NCBI RefSeq assembly: GCF_030144855.1
Contig: NC_082716.1
Coordinates: 39,680,001 to 39,744,000 of the forward strand
DNA length: 64,000 bases
Direction: 5' to 3'
DNA from: Hypanus sabinus
Taxonomy: Eukaryota
Under the pieces are notes generated by a model. It had not been told where the DNA came from. It searched no databases and saw only the letters and a program-made list of their open reading frames with translations. The position numbers were made by a program, and so were the translations under genes. Below are positions 24,480 to 36,423 of this stretch, one piece after another. The first letter of the stretch is position 1, and the number at the start of each line of letters is the position of its first letter.

Positions 24480-26437
24480 CTGAATACTCATTTCTACTTT
24501 TCAAGCACATTGGTAAGAAATGTCACAAATCCAATGTGCAATTGGTTTCTCCAACATAAGATAGAACTGTAATGAACATTGTTTGCAATACAGTAAATCT
24601 GAAGAAATGCAAGGAACTGGAGTTAAAAGTCTTATCACCCGAACAGATGAAATGCTGAGAAAAACTGGAAGAACAGAACAAAGTCCTTAGAAGATGCAGG
24701 ATTGGAGGTGTGGGAATTGGTTAGTTTATAATGGGTATCGGTAGATAAGCTACAGCATGAGTTGGAGATAGATGTCAGAAAAGGGAAGAAAAGAGAAAAT
24801 TAGGAATGAATACAATCAGAGTGTGGAAACTGGTGACGGAGGTAGGACTATTTGAATTCTGTATAATTTTTTTTCTTATTCAAGGGACTTGCTTTCCAAG
24901 GGACATCACGGGCTTTCCAATTTTCCCTTAAAAGGTGGTGGTGAGCTGCCTTCTTGAACTACCACAGTCTTTAATCTGTGGGTACACACACAATCTAGAT
25001 AGGGAGAGTGAGTTCCAGGCTTTTGACTCAATGATGGTAAAAGTAAGCCAATGTATTTCCACTTCAGGAAAGTGACTGGTTTGGAGGGCAACTTCTAAGT
25101 GGAGGTATTCTCTTGCTTTAAGTTCCTTTGTCCTTCTAGCTGGTAGCGGTCATGCATTTAGAAAGTGCTGTTTGTGGAGAGTTGGTGCACTGATGCAGTG
25201 TATCCCATAGATGGTACAAATGTGCGTTGGGAATGGAGTGAATAATCTGCTCTCATAGCCAAACTGTAGATATGACTACCTCAGTTCAATTTCTGGCACA
25301 GAAAACAACACTAATTCAGTTGTTAACATAATAGAAAAAGAGTTCCAAATCTATGAGTAGTGAATCATCCTTCTTGTGAAAGAGAAAGAAGCAGGCTGTG
25401 TGAAGTTGGGGCCATGAAGTTTCAAGCATGTGGAAAAGCTCTCCTGAGGAAATAAGGTCAGTAACTGTCCAGAAGATGATGATCTGGTCATGGGGTTATG
25501 GTCCAGAGTGACATGAAGCTTCTGAGAGCTGCTGTTAACCCTTTGCAAGATGGAAGTTAGTTTGCAAAAACCAGGATAAGTGCTGCTTACAATAAGGGCA
25601 GAAGAAAATTTTTGATTTTCAATGTTAGACTTGCAATAAGCTATGAACAGACAGCTTTAGCTTTATTTCTCACATGTACATTGAGACATTGAAACATACA
25701 GTGAAATATGTCATTCATATCTGTGACCAATATAGGATGTGCTGGGGGAAACCCACAAGTACCATCATGCTTACATCAGCAACATGGCGTACCTATAACT
25801 TACTAACACTAACCCATACATGTTTGAAATATGCAAGGAAACCAAAGCACCGGGAGGAATCCCACACAGTCAAGGGGGAGAATGTACTAACTCCTTACAG
25901 ATAGTGGCAGAAATTGAAACCCAATCACTAGCACAGTAAAGTGTTACGCACAGTAAAGGGTTTCCCTCTTCTGAGATACAAAATCTAAGAGGAGTGCCAT
26001 CTATGCACATGAAGTGAGCGACCAAGAATGGGCGAATCCAGTATCTCAAATTGCTCACTTCTAGAATTGAACCATGATACAATGCTACTGCTTCCTTGCA
26101 CAGTCATCTGGGCCAATATTATATGTTGTAGACCTTGCATGACTATGTATACTAATAAGTAAAGAAGATTGTTCCTTTATAATCTGGTAAACACACTATT
26201 TTGTAGCCAAATGAGTAATCTGTATTGCAAAAGTCAATATTTTGTGCCACTGACACAACTCTATTTTTCAGAAAAATAAAGGCATGCTGTTCCATGAGAA
26301 TGTTCACACTACACTTTATTGATGAGAAAAACCAGAAGCTAAAATAAAAACACTCAACTCTACATCTCTAGATGTCTTTGAAAACCTCAATTTAAACATT
26401 GGATAAATTGATCAGGAAACAAAGTAGTGCTACGTAC

Positions 26438-26591
26438 CAAGCTAAATGAGCAAAATGGGAATCCGTAGAAGCAGCAATTACTTCACAATTAACCTTGTTG
26501 AAATCTTCTATACGATCACTAAAAGCAATAATCTCAGTTGGACACACGTAGGAGAAATCAAGTGGGTAGAAAAAGAAGACTACATATTTTC
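26438..26591 (-). CDS. PRDX1: Peroxiredoxin-1 exon 3 (154 bp) with the peroxidatic Cys
   Basis: AG/GT-bounded; [52 protein letters not shown]. Confidence 0.97.
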
Positions 26592-26754
26592 CTGTGAAGA
26601 AAATGAACAAGTTAATTTATAAATACCACACTGTGCCGTCAAAGCCATTAGACAGTCTTTGAACATATTCCAGCATTTTTCTCATGCTTTGGTTTATCTT
26701 CCAAAGGTTAAAAGATTCTAAGATTTATTATAATCATGGTATATGTATATTACA

Positions 26755-27085
26755 CCAAAGACCTCCAAGAGGACCACAACCTTGTCATGGTTTGGAGGCT
26801 TGCGTGCTTCAAACACCTGAAGAATTATGATGGCTGGAGTCAGGGCCTTATGCTTTGGCTTTGAGTAGGGTCACCCATGCCAGTAAGGTGAAAGGGTAGT
26901 GGCCAGACTAAGAATGGTCCATCGGTCCTCCAGTTCTGGGAATTCACCTTAGGGCTAACAACCCTAATCAGTCAAAGAAAGCTTTTGCAGAAACAGCAAT
27001 GAAAAATCCTTCAACATTTGGATGGCCACGGAAGACCTTCATCACTATCCTAAACATCAGTGGTGTATTGGGTAGGAATTAAGTA
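26755..27085 (+). mobile_element. Short RTE-derived non-autonomous element (5'UTR joined to 3' end)
   Basis: ACCTTGTCATGGTTTGGAGGCTTGCGTG…GTAGGGTCACCCATG resembles Rex3/RTE 5' ends; ends with an RTE-like tail; recalled similarity only. Confidence 0.55.
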
Positions 27086-27305
27086 CAACATAGATTGAAT
27101 AGAAGAGCAAGCACAAGGAGCCAAATGCCATACAACTGCTTCTACAGTATTCTATCACCATGTTTTATGAAGTTAGTTTTCCTCTCCCATAGCCTGTTCC
27201 GAGCTTTGACATTCTTTATTCAATTCTAATGTGCTAGAGAAGTTCAAAGGGGGAGAGGGCTCATTAATAGGGTGCCAAACTAAGTACAACTGTCATTATG
27301 TTTAC

Positions 27306-27411
27306 CTCTGTATTTAGATAGTTGGAGTTGTTCAAACTGTCCATTAGGCATCACAGCTGTAGCTTCAAAATCAGGAGCTAACTTCCCAATTACAGCTCTT
27401 CCAGAAGTCAT
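27306..27411 (-). CDS. PRDX1: Peroxiredoxin-1 exon 2, coding part (exon 27306-27422)
   Basis: ATG at 27411; [36 protein letters not shown]; 106 coding bp; AG acceptor 11 nt before ATG, GT donor. Confidence 0.97.
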
Positions 27412-28654
27412 TCTGAATCTACCTGAAAAATAACTATTGAATAAACAGGTTGTCTTGTTAAATTTTGCTTTGACATCTTCCTTACCTCATGTATGGTAGC
27501 TTACAACTTTGAAACCTTGACGCATAAGTTAAAATACTTGACTGCTGCAAGACAATGAGAAGCTGATATTCTAAAGCACTCATCATCCAAGCAAATATAC
27601 AACTGAATCTGAAACACTGGGTCTTCTGGCCTTAACATATAGAAATTCCGGACCCATCTTCCTGGTTCAGACCCATTATCTCCAATCACCATTTGCACTC
27701 AGCTTTCACCTCATTTTTAGCTGATCCTAATCCAGAAGGTTTTATTTACTGGTTCAGTAAGTGTTGGTTTCTATCCTGACATAAATAACCACAAGATCTC
27801 TAAGGAAGATGCCCCATTAACAAAGACCTCAAAGTTCTGACAACCAAGAAGTACCTACACCTTCTTTTGCTAGATGTCAAAGATGTTTTTGGTATTAAAA
27901 AGACTATTGTACTGAACAGCACAGAAAAATGTTCCATTACAATGTTGTGTCTTCATCTGTCATTAACATTAAGCTTAAGGTCTAATCCTAATTCTTGCAG
28001 CACCCCATTAATAATCAATCATATATCACATTTAATTATAGCTTTTCAGTCTTTTATATAATTCTCTGTTAATTAAGCAGACCATTAAAAGAATGCACAT
28101 GTGAGCAACTTTCTGTGGCGTGCTTTGCCCAAGGTAATGACAGCTTCACAGCACTCAATACAAGTCAAATGGTGAGCTTTGATGCAACATAAAACTGCAT
28201 ATTTTGGGGTATGACATTTCATTGCCCCTCTTCCCTTAAAATGCTGTACTACTTTTAAGTAAATACATTGACACTCAAATGGCAAAATTCTGGTCTGACA
28301 AATTAATCTTAGTTACATTTCTGTGACCTTGCTGAATGCACATGTATTTAGCAAAATAGGTTACAGAAAAAAATATCAGGGAAATGGGACAAACGCAGAT
28401 GGCCTGAGAGCCAGTAAAAACTTACAGGCTGAGTGGCCTTGTGTCATGTGAAATTTGAAAATATGACTACATATCTAAGGAATTGATTACTCAGTGCATA
28501 TGAAAATTAAAATACAAATGCAAACACTGAGCGAAACCAAATAACAGCAAAAATTAATGACTTTCAAATATCATTTACTAAAGAGATCAAAACGTGAATG
28601 CTAACACAATTCAAAGTACTTGGGATTACATGGAAATGTATAGTAGATGCTGTA

Positions 28655-29235
28655 ATATAGAACAAAACAAATTGCTGGAGGCAGAGATTCACAAGCACCT
28701 TTTACCTGTCAATTGCATTTAGTGCTCTCAACATGGTCTCCTCTATATTGGCAAAACCAAATATAGACTAGGTGATTATTTTGCTGAGCACCTTCAGTCT
28801 GTCCACAATAGCCATCTTGAGGTTCCAGACACATTTAATTATAACTCGCTTTTGCACTCACACACTCAACTCCACTGCCATGGTGAGACCAAACACAAGC
28901 TCCGAGAACTCCTCAAATTCCATGTAAGTAGCCTTCAAACCAATGGTATGAGCATTGAATTTTAGTGTTAGGACATCCACATCCTGTGTTCATTTCTCAC
29001 TCCTTGTGGTCCTCTGCTTTCCTTCACATCTCCATTTCTCCTCCACCCCACAGAATTATCCAGTTCACTTTCTTCTCCATGGCCTCTCCTTCCCATCCCC
29101 TCCCCCCTCTGGTCTTATCTGCTTATTCTTCCCTTCCTTATCCAGTCCCAGCATCCATTACTACATTTTCCTCTCTCCTACTATGGATAATTCTGCCCAT
29201 TTTTCCTATTTCTGTTTCCACCTACCACGTGTCAG
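28655..29235 (+). mobile_element. Penelope-like element 3' fragment (GIY-YIG endonuclease remnant)
   Basis: CSQHGLLYIGKTK.RLGDYFAEHL coding at 28720-28800, followed by a pyrimidine-rich pLTR-like segment. Confidence 0.7.
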
Positions 29236-30558
29236 GGATTCTCCTGGATTAGTAGATACATTACACTTTTCAAATGTAGCACTTCTAACAAAGCATTTCT
29301 TGGATTCAACACTGTCAGTGTAGTTTTATAGTCTGATGTCTGGAATTCATAAATGTTTGCAGGTCAAAGGTTAGCAGAAAATTCCAGTCATTTGCTCTGA
29401 TTTTGCATTTGCTATATTGTACACATCACAGTGCTGTTTTGCCACATATATAAGCACTTTAAAAATGAAACCATGAGACGTTGTGTGAAATTTTTAAGGG
29501 ATAAAGAAAAAATAAGACACAGCTAAAGTACAAATTCTGTTTTTAAAAAATGAATTAATATTCAAAGTAAACTTATGTCACCATATACAACCCTGAGAAT
29601 CGTTTCCGTGCAAGGACACACAGTAAATCCAAGAAATGCAATAGAATCAATTAAAGACAGCTTCTAACAGGACAAACAACCAATGTACAAAAGACAGCAA
29701 ACTGCACAAATACAAGAGAAATAAATAATAAACAAGCAAACAATAAAGATCAAGAACACAAGAGGAAGAGTCCTTGGATGCTTTCCTGTGAGAGTGCTCC
29801 ATGTAGAGGTGTTCACCGTTGGGCTTTACCCATGATGGACTGGGCTGTATCTACTACTTCTTGTAGAGTACACAGTTTTAAGTGTAAAGCGAGTAGAGTA
29901 GGGGACTACGCACACAGCTTTGTAGTGTACCTGTGCTGTTGAAGATGGCAGAGGAGCTGTTGCTATCAATATGAACTGAATGTGGTCTTCAAGTGAGGAA
30001 ATTGAGGAAGCAATTGTACAGGAGGTTATAAGCCCCTAAAAAAAGGTCCAAGGCATGGGAATATTTGCTGACAAAAAGACTACTATGGTGTCAGATGTAT
30101 AGCAGAGTCAGAAGCAATATTGATTCAAAGTAAATAACTTGACTAATAATGGCAAGACAGAAATCTTTGGGAACTATTCATTGCTCTAGTTTCAGAACAG
30201 TCAGAATGTCAGCTGAATTTAACTATGGACATTATCAACAGTAATGCCAAACTCAGTCCTGAAGTTTTGAATAGGAATTATTTCACTCCATTTTTCTGTC
30301 CAGTAAGGAAATTGGGCTTATGAAGGAATAGTATTCCTCATTAAACAAATCTACATTAATATACTTCAAGTCCTGGATAACCCACAAGCCCTAAACAATT
30401 CTAAGCAGTAGCCACAGCCCACACATTGTTTTTATGGCCTCACTTAACTATCAAACTTGGACAGAATTTCAACTCTCTTGCAAGGAAAGTTCAAGGTTCA
30501 CCCATCATATTGCATATTCAATCAATGGGCCTGTTCACATGCAGCAAGCCTAAACTTA

Positions 30559-31385
30559 CCATATATTCTGAAGTATAAGCTGACCCGGAGTATAAGCCAA
30601 CCCCCGAGTTTCAAGGTTAAAAAAGTGACTTTTTCATGTTACCTTTGTATAAGCCAACCCCTTTTGTAGAGGTTTTTGATTTAACCAGAAAAGATCACAA
30701 GATCTCACATGCTGGTACTCAGCTTTGCCGGATCCGGACCTTGAACCCTTCTAAGAAAACAGGCCTACACATTGTAGAGCGTTATAGGCAAATTCTTAAT
30801 AAATAAATCAGGGAGAGAAATTTTGGATTAGGTTTCCAATGGAAAAGAATCCTCTGAAATGTAACCCCCGTGAAACCATTTAGCGCCCATCGTAATCTCG
30901 TTAAAGCTTAAAACGGGGTGGCAGTATCAGTACATGTACTCAGTGTTGAGTTTGCCACCACCACGTACAATAGATTAAAACAAATGCGATATGATGCTGG
31001 CTTCAAGCTGAAGGTTGTTGATTTTGCTAAAGGAACGAATAACTCTACAACTGCTAAGAAGTTAAGTGTAAACGAGAGAGAGTAAGGGAGTGGAGAAAGG
31101 CAGAGGACATGCTGAGGGAAATGCCAAAGACGAAATGTGCAAACCGCAGGAAAACATGCCAGTGGCCAGAACCGGAAGTTTTAAAGTGGGTGAATCACCA
31201 ACGATCATCTGGATACATTGTTACCAGAGAAATGATTCAAGTTCAAACGTTGAAATGGGACGAAAAACACCGTGAGGTCAGTGAAAATTTCAAAGCAACA
31301 CGAAGTTGGTGCACCCGATTTATGAATAGACGCGATCTTGTGTTGAGACAAAAAAACAAAGATTGCTCAGAAATTTCCCACAAGG
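30559..31385 (+). mobile_element. Pogo/Tc2-type DNA transposon, 5' fragment
   Basis: TA|CCATATATTCTGAAGTATAAGC terminus with repeated GTATAAGCC; YDAGFKLKVV… and FKATRSWCTRFMNR (Brinker and CENP-B HTH, POGK-like). Confidence 0.8.
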
Positions 31386-31986
31386 TGTTGTTTATGTTCA
31401 AGAAAGCTGCTGGAAAATGGGATTGAGGAGGGAAAAAAAAAGGAACAGCCATGATTGAATAGCAGAGCAGACGTGATGGGCCAGATGGCCTAATTCTGCT
31501 CCTATGTCTTATGGTCATCTTATACACATGTATACTGCCAAATGAGACAATCCAAGCTCACACAGCAACATCTAGGAAATAAGTACAACACATACAGACC
31601 AACGGAGGAACTCAGCAGGCCTCCTCAGCTTTTTTTTTACTCCAGTCCTGCCGAAGTGTTTTGAAACTTCGACTGTACTCTTTTCCTAAAAGCTACCTGG
31701 CCTGCTGAGTTCCTTCAGCAGTTTGTGTATGTTGACCTCTCAGCAAATCTTTGAAGGAGTTTGCGGTCAGATACCTTGTAATTGCCGTACCAGTCGGTGA
31801 TGCAACTGGACGGTACTGCTGTAATGTAGCAGTTAGCTTAAAAATGATAAAATACAGAATTTTTCTCTCTCTGAAAATATCCACTACCACACACTTCCAA
31901 GAACAATATTTGTCTCGCTTTTAACCGTCCCTTTTCCTTTAAAAAGTGCGTTTCCTCACAGATTGACCGGAGAAACCCGCCCTCAC

Positions 31987-32060
31987 CAACCTGTTCGGCG
32001 CCTTCACTAAAACCGTTAGGCGCGTGCGAAGCGCCCGTCGACACCTCCCGCACGTGCTCC
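31987..32060 (-). other. PRDX1: Probable non-coding exon 1 of PRDX1
   Basis: In the CpG island; minus-strand donor TTG|GTGAGG at 31986; exon 2 has an upstream acceptor so a 5' exon is required; TSS not determinable. Confidence 0.6.
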
Positions 32061-32080
32061 TCCGCGCGGCGAGCACTGGC

Positions 32081-32222
32081 CGCGCCCCCGCCCCTCCGCG
32101 CGCCCCCGCCCCTGCCCCTCCCCCTGCCCCTCCGCGCGCCCCCGCCCCGCCCCGCCCCCTGCCCCTCCGCGCGCCCCCGCCCCTGCCCCTCCCCCTCCCC
32201 CTCCGCGCGCCCCCGCCCCGCC
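32081..32222. repeat. C-rich minisatellite (CCCCTCCGCGCGCCCCCGCCCC-like units)
   Basis: 4-5 imperfect units; G-rich on the minus strand. Confidence 0.9.
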
Positions 32223-32384
32223 GGGCGCTCCACCCAGCGTCCGTCTTCCCTCCTAAAAACGAGTGTGACTCGCTATCGACAAGTTGAGTTGGGAAAAGGC
32301 TTTATTTCCTTAAAATGTACACGGGAAACCTTTGAAACCAGCGTGACGGCGACGTAAGGCTGGCGGCAGCATCTAATTGGTCGG

Positions 32385-32478
32385 GTGAAGGCCCCGCAGA
32401 GCGAGCGCGTTGCCGTCGTCGTTGACGCTGGAGGCGAAAGGGTGAGGAGCTGGAAGATCATAACGTTGATCGATGTTG
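32385..32478 (+). other. AKR1A1: Probable non-coding exon 1 of AKR1A1
   Basis: Consensus donor TTG|GTAAGT at 32479 at the CpG island edge; start approximate. Confidence 0.7.
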
Positions 32479-34162
32479 GTAAGTCGCTTCTGAGCGGATT
32501 GATTTAATGATTAGCCTTTCTGTTCAATACACTCTGTGTACGATTGAGGTGCATCATTATTACAGACGCTCTTCTGGGCTGCACCTCGGAAAATCCAGGC
32601 GGACCCAAAGGAGTATTTCAGGTTTCCTTGGAAAACTGCTGCCTGCATCCCTTTTGACTCCTGAGAATCAATGGCGCGGGACTGAACGTAGCGAGGAGCT
32701 TTTGGTTTGTTTTAAGAAATTGTTATTTAGAGAGGACGATTCTGCCGCCAGACAGTCTACCCTGTCAGCTGTGAAAGGGAACACGAGTGAATGTGCAGAT
32801 GCTGGAAATAAATAAAAACACAAAATGCTGGCAGAACTCAGCAGGCCAGACAGCGTCTATGGGAGGAGGTTGTAACTACGTTTCGGGCCGAAACCCTTGG
32901 GACTGGTTTCCTCATTGGTCTCGGGCATCTTAAGTCCTTGAAAGTCGTCATAATTCCTGAGGGCCTGACAAAGAACATTACATTTTTAGCTGCTGATGCT
33001 GCAAATCCAGAACTAAATCAGAAAATGCAGAGGTACTCAGCAAGTTAAACAGTGTTAATGGACATTAAAACAGTCAATGGTTCAAGATCCTTCATCACAA
33101 CCCACAGATATTACTTGATTTTTGAGCACTTCTATTTTTTGCATTCTTTAATTTGATTTAAAAAAAATTAGTATTAGATCCCATGTAAAAGTGCTTCAGC
33201 GAAATTAAGATGTGTCCTGATGTGATAATACTTGAGAAATTGATTTATGCTTCAGAGAAGTCTCTTTGGCCAAAATGAATTGCAGTCACATCTTGACTGC
33301 CCCAAATCTAATTTTAATGTTGAGCACTTTTACACTTAGTATATCCAAATGTGATCAAAAATGAAATGTATTTTCTGTTTCCATTTTGCAGTGTGCCATT
33401 ATATTAATCCTAGGAATACACTTAGATAATTTATGACAATAGCAGCATGCTTCTGAGTATTTTCAAAAACACTGATCGTGTTCTTTTTAAAGGATTTCAG
33501 TTATTTGAAGCTGTGCAGGAATTGGTTTGATAATCTGCAACAGAATAAAAGTCTAGTAAGAAATGAATGTAGCAAAATAATTTTAAATCTGCATATCTAT
33601 GAAATCTATCCTGAATATTATTTGTCCTAGAGCAGCGAAATTGGAAAGTTGGAGATGTCGTTCATTCACAAGTATTTTGTTTCAATTTTGAAGGGGCAAC
33701 ATGCAAAGGATTTTAACCCAAATTTTAAGGCCAAAGCAAATCTGCAGAAACTACTGTAAGGTAACACATAGGAATTTATTGCAAGTTTTTGGTACAAAAG
33801 AATTTGTATGAATAGTTTACTTGTTCTGGCTTTAAGCCCATCCTGTACAGTTTGTGGCAAAATTTTTAAAAAAACACGAAGGTTCTTATGGCCAAGACCA
33901 TTCCTTTCAGTAATACATTCAGATTTTTACTGGGACACCCTGGACCAATACTTTTTTTTTTGAAAAGCAACTTCCTTCATGGAAAAATCGTTTTATTTTC
34001 TGTTACACAAATAATAACTTCTTTCCTCAATATAATGAAGCTAAATAGCACCACGTAGTACAGAGAAACTCTTGCTGAAATGTGATCTCATTGACACATC
34101 CAATTTGCAGTAATTTTGCTGCACAGTAATCAGGAGAAGCCGTAAAATTTATGGGGCTGGAT

Positions 34163-34244
34163 AAGGGGTTACCAACCTTTTTTTTATGCCATGGATCCCT
34201 ACCATTAACTGAGGGGTCTGTGGATCCCAGGTCAGAAACCCCTG
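34163..34244. mobile_element. Small hAT-type MITE
   Basis: AGGGGTTACCAACC…GGTCAGAAACCCCTG imperfect TIRs. Confidence 0.55.
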
Positions 34245-34463
34245 AAACTAGATCATGTTCAAACACAGGCTGTAACCACAAGGAATTTCTGCTCAATTTC
34301 CATTTGAATTACACTTCTGTGCTTTGCAGCAAGGAATTATGATACACATTGGACATCAGTTGCCACCACATCTGACCAGCTGTTCTGCTGCTGGACTCAG
34401 CATTGGCATTTAAACCCAAAGACTGAGAAAATTGTAGAAACACTCAACAGGTGTGGCAGCATA

Positions 34464-36016
34464 CAGCGGTGCTAGAAAGTTTGTGAACCCTATAGAATTT
34501 TCCCTTTCTGCATAAATATGACTTAAAATGTGATCAGATCTTCACTTTTCCTGAAACTAGATAAAGGGAACCCAATTAAATAAACAACACCAAAAGCATA
34601 ATACTTATTTATTGAGAAAAATGGTTCACTATTACATTTATTTTTTGTGAAATTATGTGAACCTCTAGGATTATCAATTTATTTAAAGGGGAAATTAGAT
34701 TCAGGGGTTTCAATCAACGGATGACAATCAGGAGTACATGTGGGAGGCCTTGCCCTATTTAAAGAACATAAACCTAGGTCTGCACTGTCAAAGTCTGATC
34801 TTCACCACACAAGGTTTTGGTAGTGTGCTATGCCTCAATCAAATGAGATTTCTGAGGACCTGTTGTTGCTCACCAGGCTAGAAAAGGATACAAAACCATT
34901 TCTAAAGAGTTTGAGCTCCACCAGTCCACAGTCAGGCAAGTGGTGCACAAATGGAAGAAATTCATTACTCTCCCCAGGTGTGGTCGACCAACAAATATCA
35001 CTGCAAGAACAATGTGTGTAATATTCCAGGAGGTCACAAAGAATCCCAGGATAACATCTAAGGAGCTACAGGCCTCTCTTGCATTGGCTAATGTCGACAT
35101 TCATGAGTCTACCATCAGACAAACACTGAACAACAATGGTGTACATGGTAGGATTGCAAGGAGAAAACCACTACTCTCCAAGAAGAACATAGTTGCCCAT
35201 CTAAAGTTTGCTAAGGACCACGTGGATAAGCCAGACAGCTATTGGAAGAATTTTCTATGGACGGATGAGTCCAAAATAGAACTCTTTGGCTTAAATGAGA
35301 AGTGTTAAGTTTGGCGAAAAGCGAACACTGCATTCCAGCTTAAGAACCTCATCCTGTTTGCGAAACCTGGTGGTGGCAGCATTATGGTTTTAACCAGCTT
35401 TGCAGCCTCTGGCCCAGGAGGTCATGCCATCTTTGATGGAACTATGAATTCTGAACTATACCAGCAAATTTGACAGGAAAGTGTCAGGGTATCCAACTGT
35501 GAACTGAGGCTCAAGAGAAAATGGAGCATGCAGCAATACAATGACTCTAAACACAAAGCAGACAAAATTTCACGTTTTGGGATGGCTGAGTCAACATCCT
35601 GACCTTGACCCTATTGAAATGTTGTGGAAGGACCTGAAGCAAGCAGTTCATGCAAGGAAGCCCATCAACATCCAGAGTTGAAGCAGTTTTGTAAGAAGGA
35701 ATGGCCTTAAATTCCTCCAAGCTGATGTGTGGAGCTGAACAGATGCCTGAAATCTTTTAAGTTTTTGCTATACAAAGGGGTCACACCAGTTACTGAAAGC
35801 AAAGGTTCACATACTTTTTTCAACAAACACATGTAATATTGGATCATTTTCTCAATAAATAAATAAATAAATAAATAAACAGACGGACGAACAAGTGTAA
35901 TTGTGATTTATTTAATTGGGTTCTCTCTGTCTAGTTTTAGGATTTGCATTTAGAGCTGATCACATTTTGGGTCATATTTATGCAGAAATAGAGGAAACTA
36001 AAGGGTTCACAAACTG
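34464..36016 (+). mobile_element. Tc1 transposon with long TIRs and decayed transposase, in AKR1A1 intron 1
   Basis: TA|CAGCGGTGCTAGAAAGTTTGTGAACCC…GGGTTCACAAACTG|TA; long inverted arms; GRPT, ARRKPLL, WTDESK, WxSQxPDLxPIE motifs. Confidence 0.92.
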
Positions 36017-36336
36017 TAGACATGGAACCTGAGTTCTCATGAAAGGTATTTCACCTGCAACCTTAATTCTGTTTCTCTTCACGGATTCTGCCTAGCCTGC
36101 TGAGTCTTTCTAGTATTTTCTCTTTTAGTTTCAGATTTCCAGCATCTGCAGTTTTCTTTCATTTACAGAGTATATGGTGTATGTGTCTCCAAAATGATTT
36201 GTGTGGTTTTCTTTACCAACTAATGTTTGTATTAGGAGTACATTTTATTAATACATTGACTTAAATGGTTTCTGTAATAATTGTCATTTAAGTTTCTCCA
36301 GAATTTTTGGATCATTCTCTCTTGTTTTAGGTTAAG

Positions 36337-36423
36337 ATGTCTACTTCTGATTATGTTGTGCTCAATACTGGACAAAAGATGCCTCTCATTGGGCTGGGGA
36401 CATGGAAAAGTGGACCTGGTGAG
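36337..36423 (+). CDS. AKR1A1: Aldehyde reductase AKR1A1 exon 2 (first coding exon)
   Basis: Acceptor at 36330, ATG 36337; [29 protein letters not shown]; GT donor. Confidence 0.95.

Larger units (their letters stand above)
31960..32500. promoter_or_regulatory. CpG island / bidirectional PRDX1-AKR1A1 promoter
   Basis: Only strong CpG island between the divergent genes; GC boxes, CACGTG E-box 32051-32056, TGACG half-CRE ~32344, reverse CCAAT ~32375. Confidence 0.8.

Noticed and set aside
31838-32287. Gly/Arg-rich and Pro-rich ORFs over the CpG island
   Set aside because: Translation artefacts of the GC minisatellite
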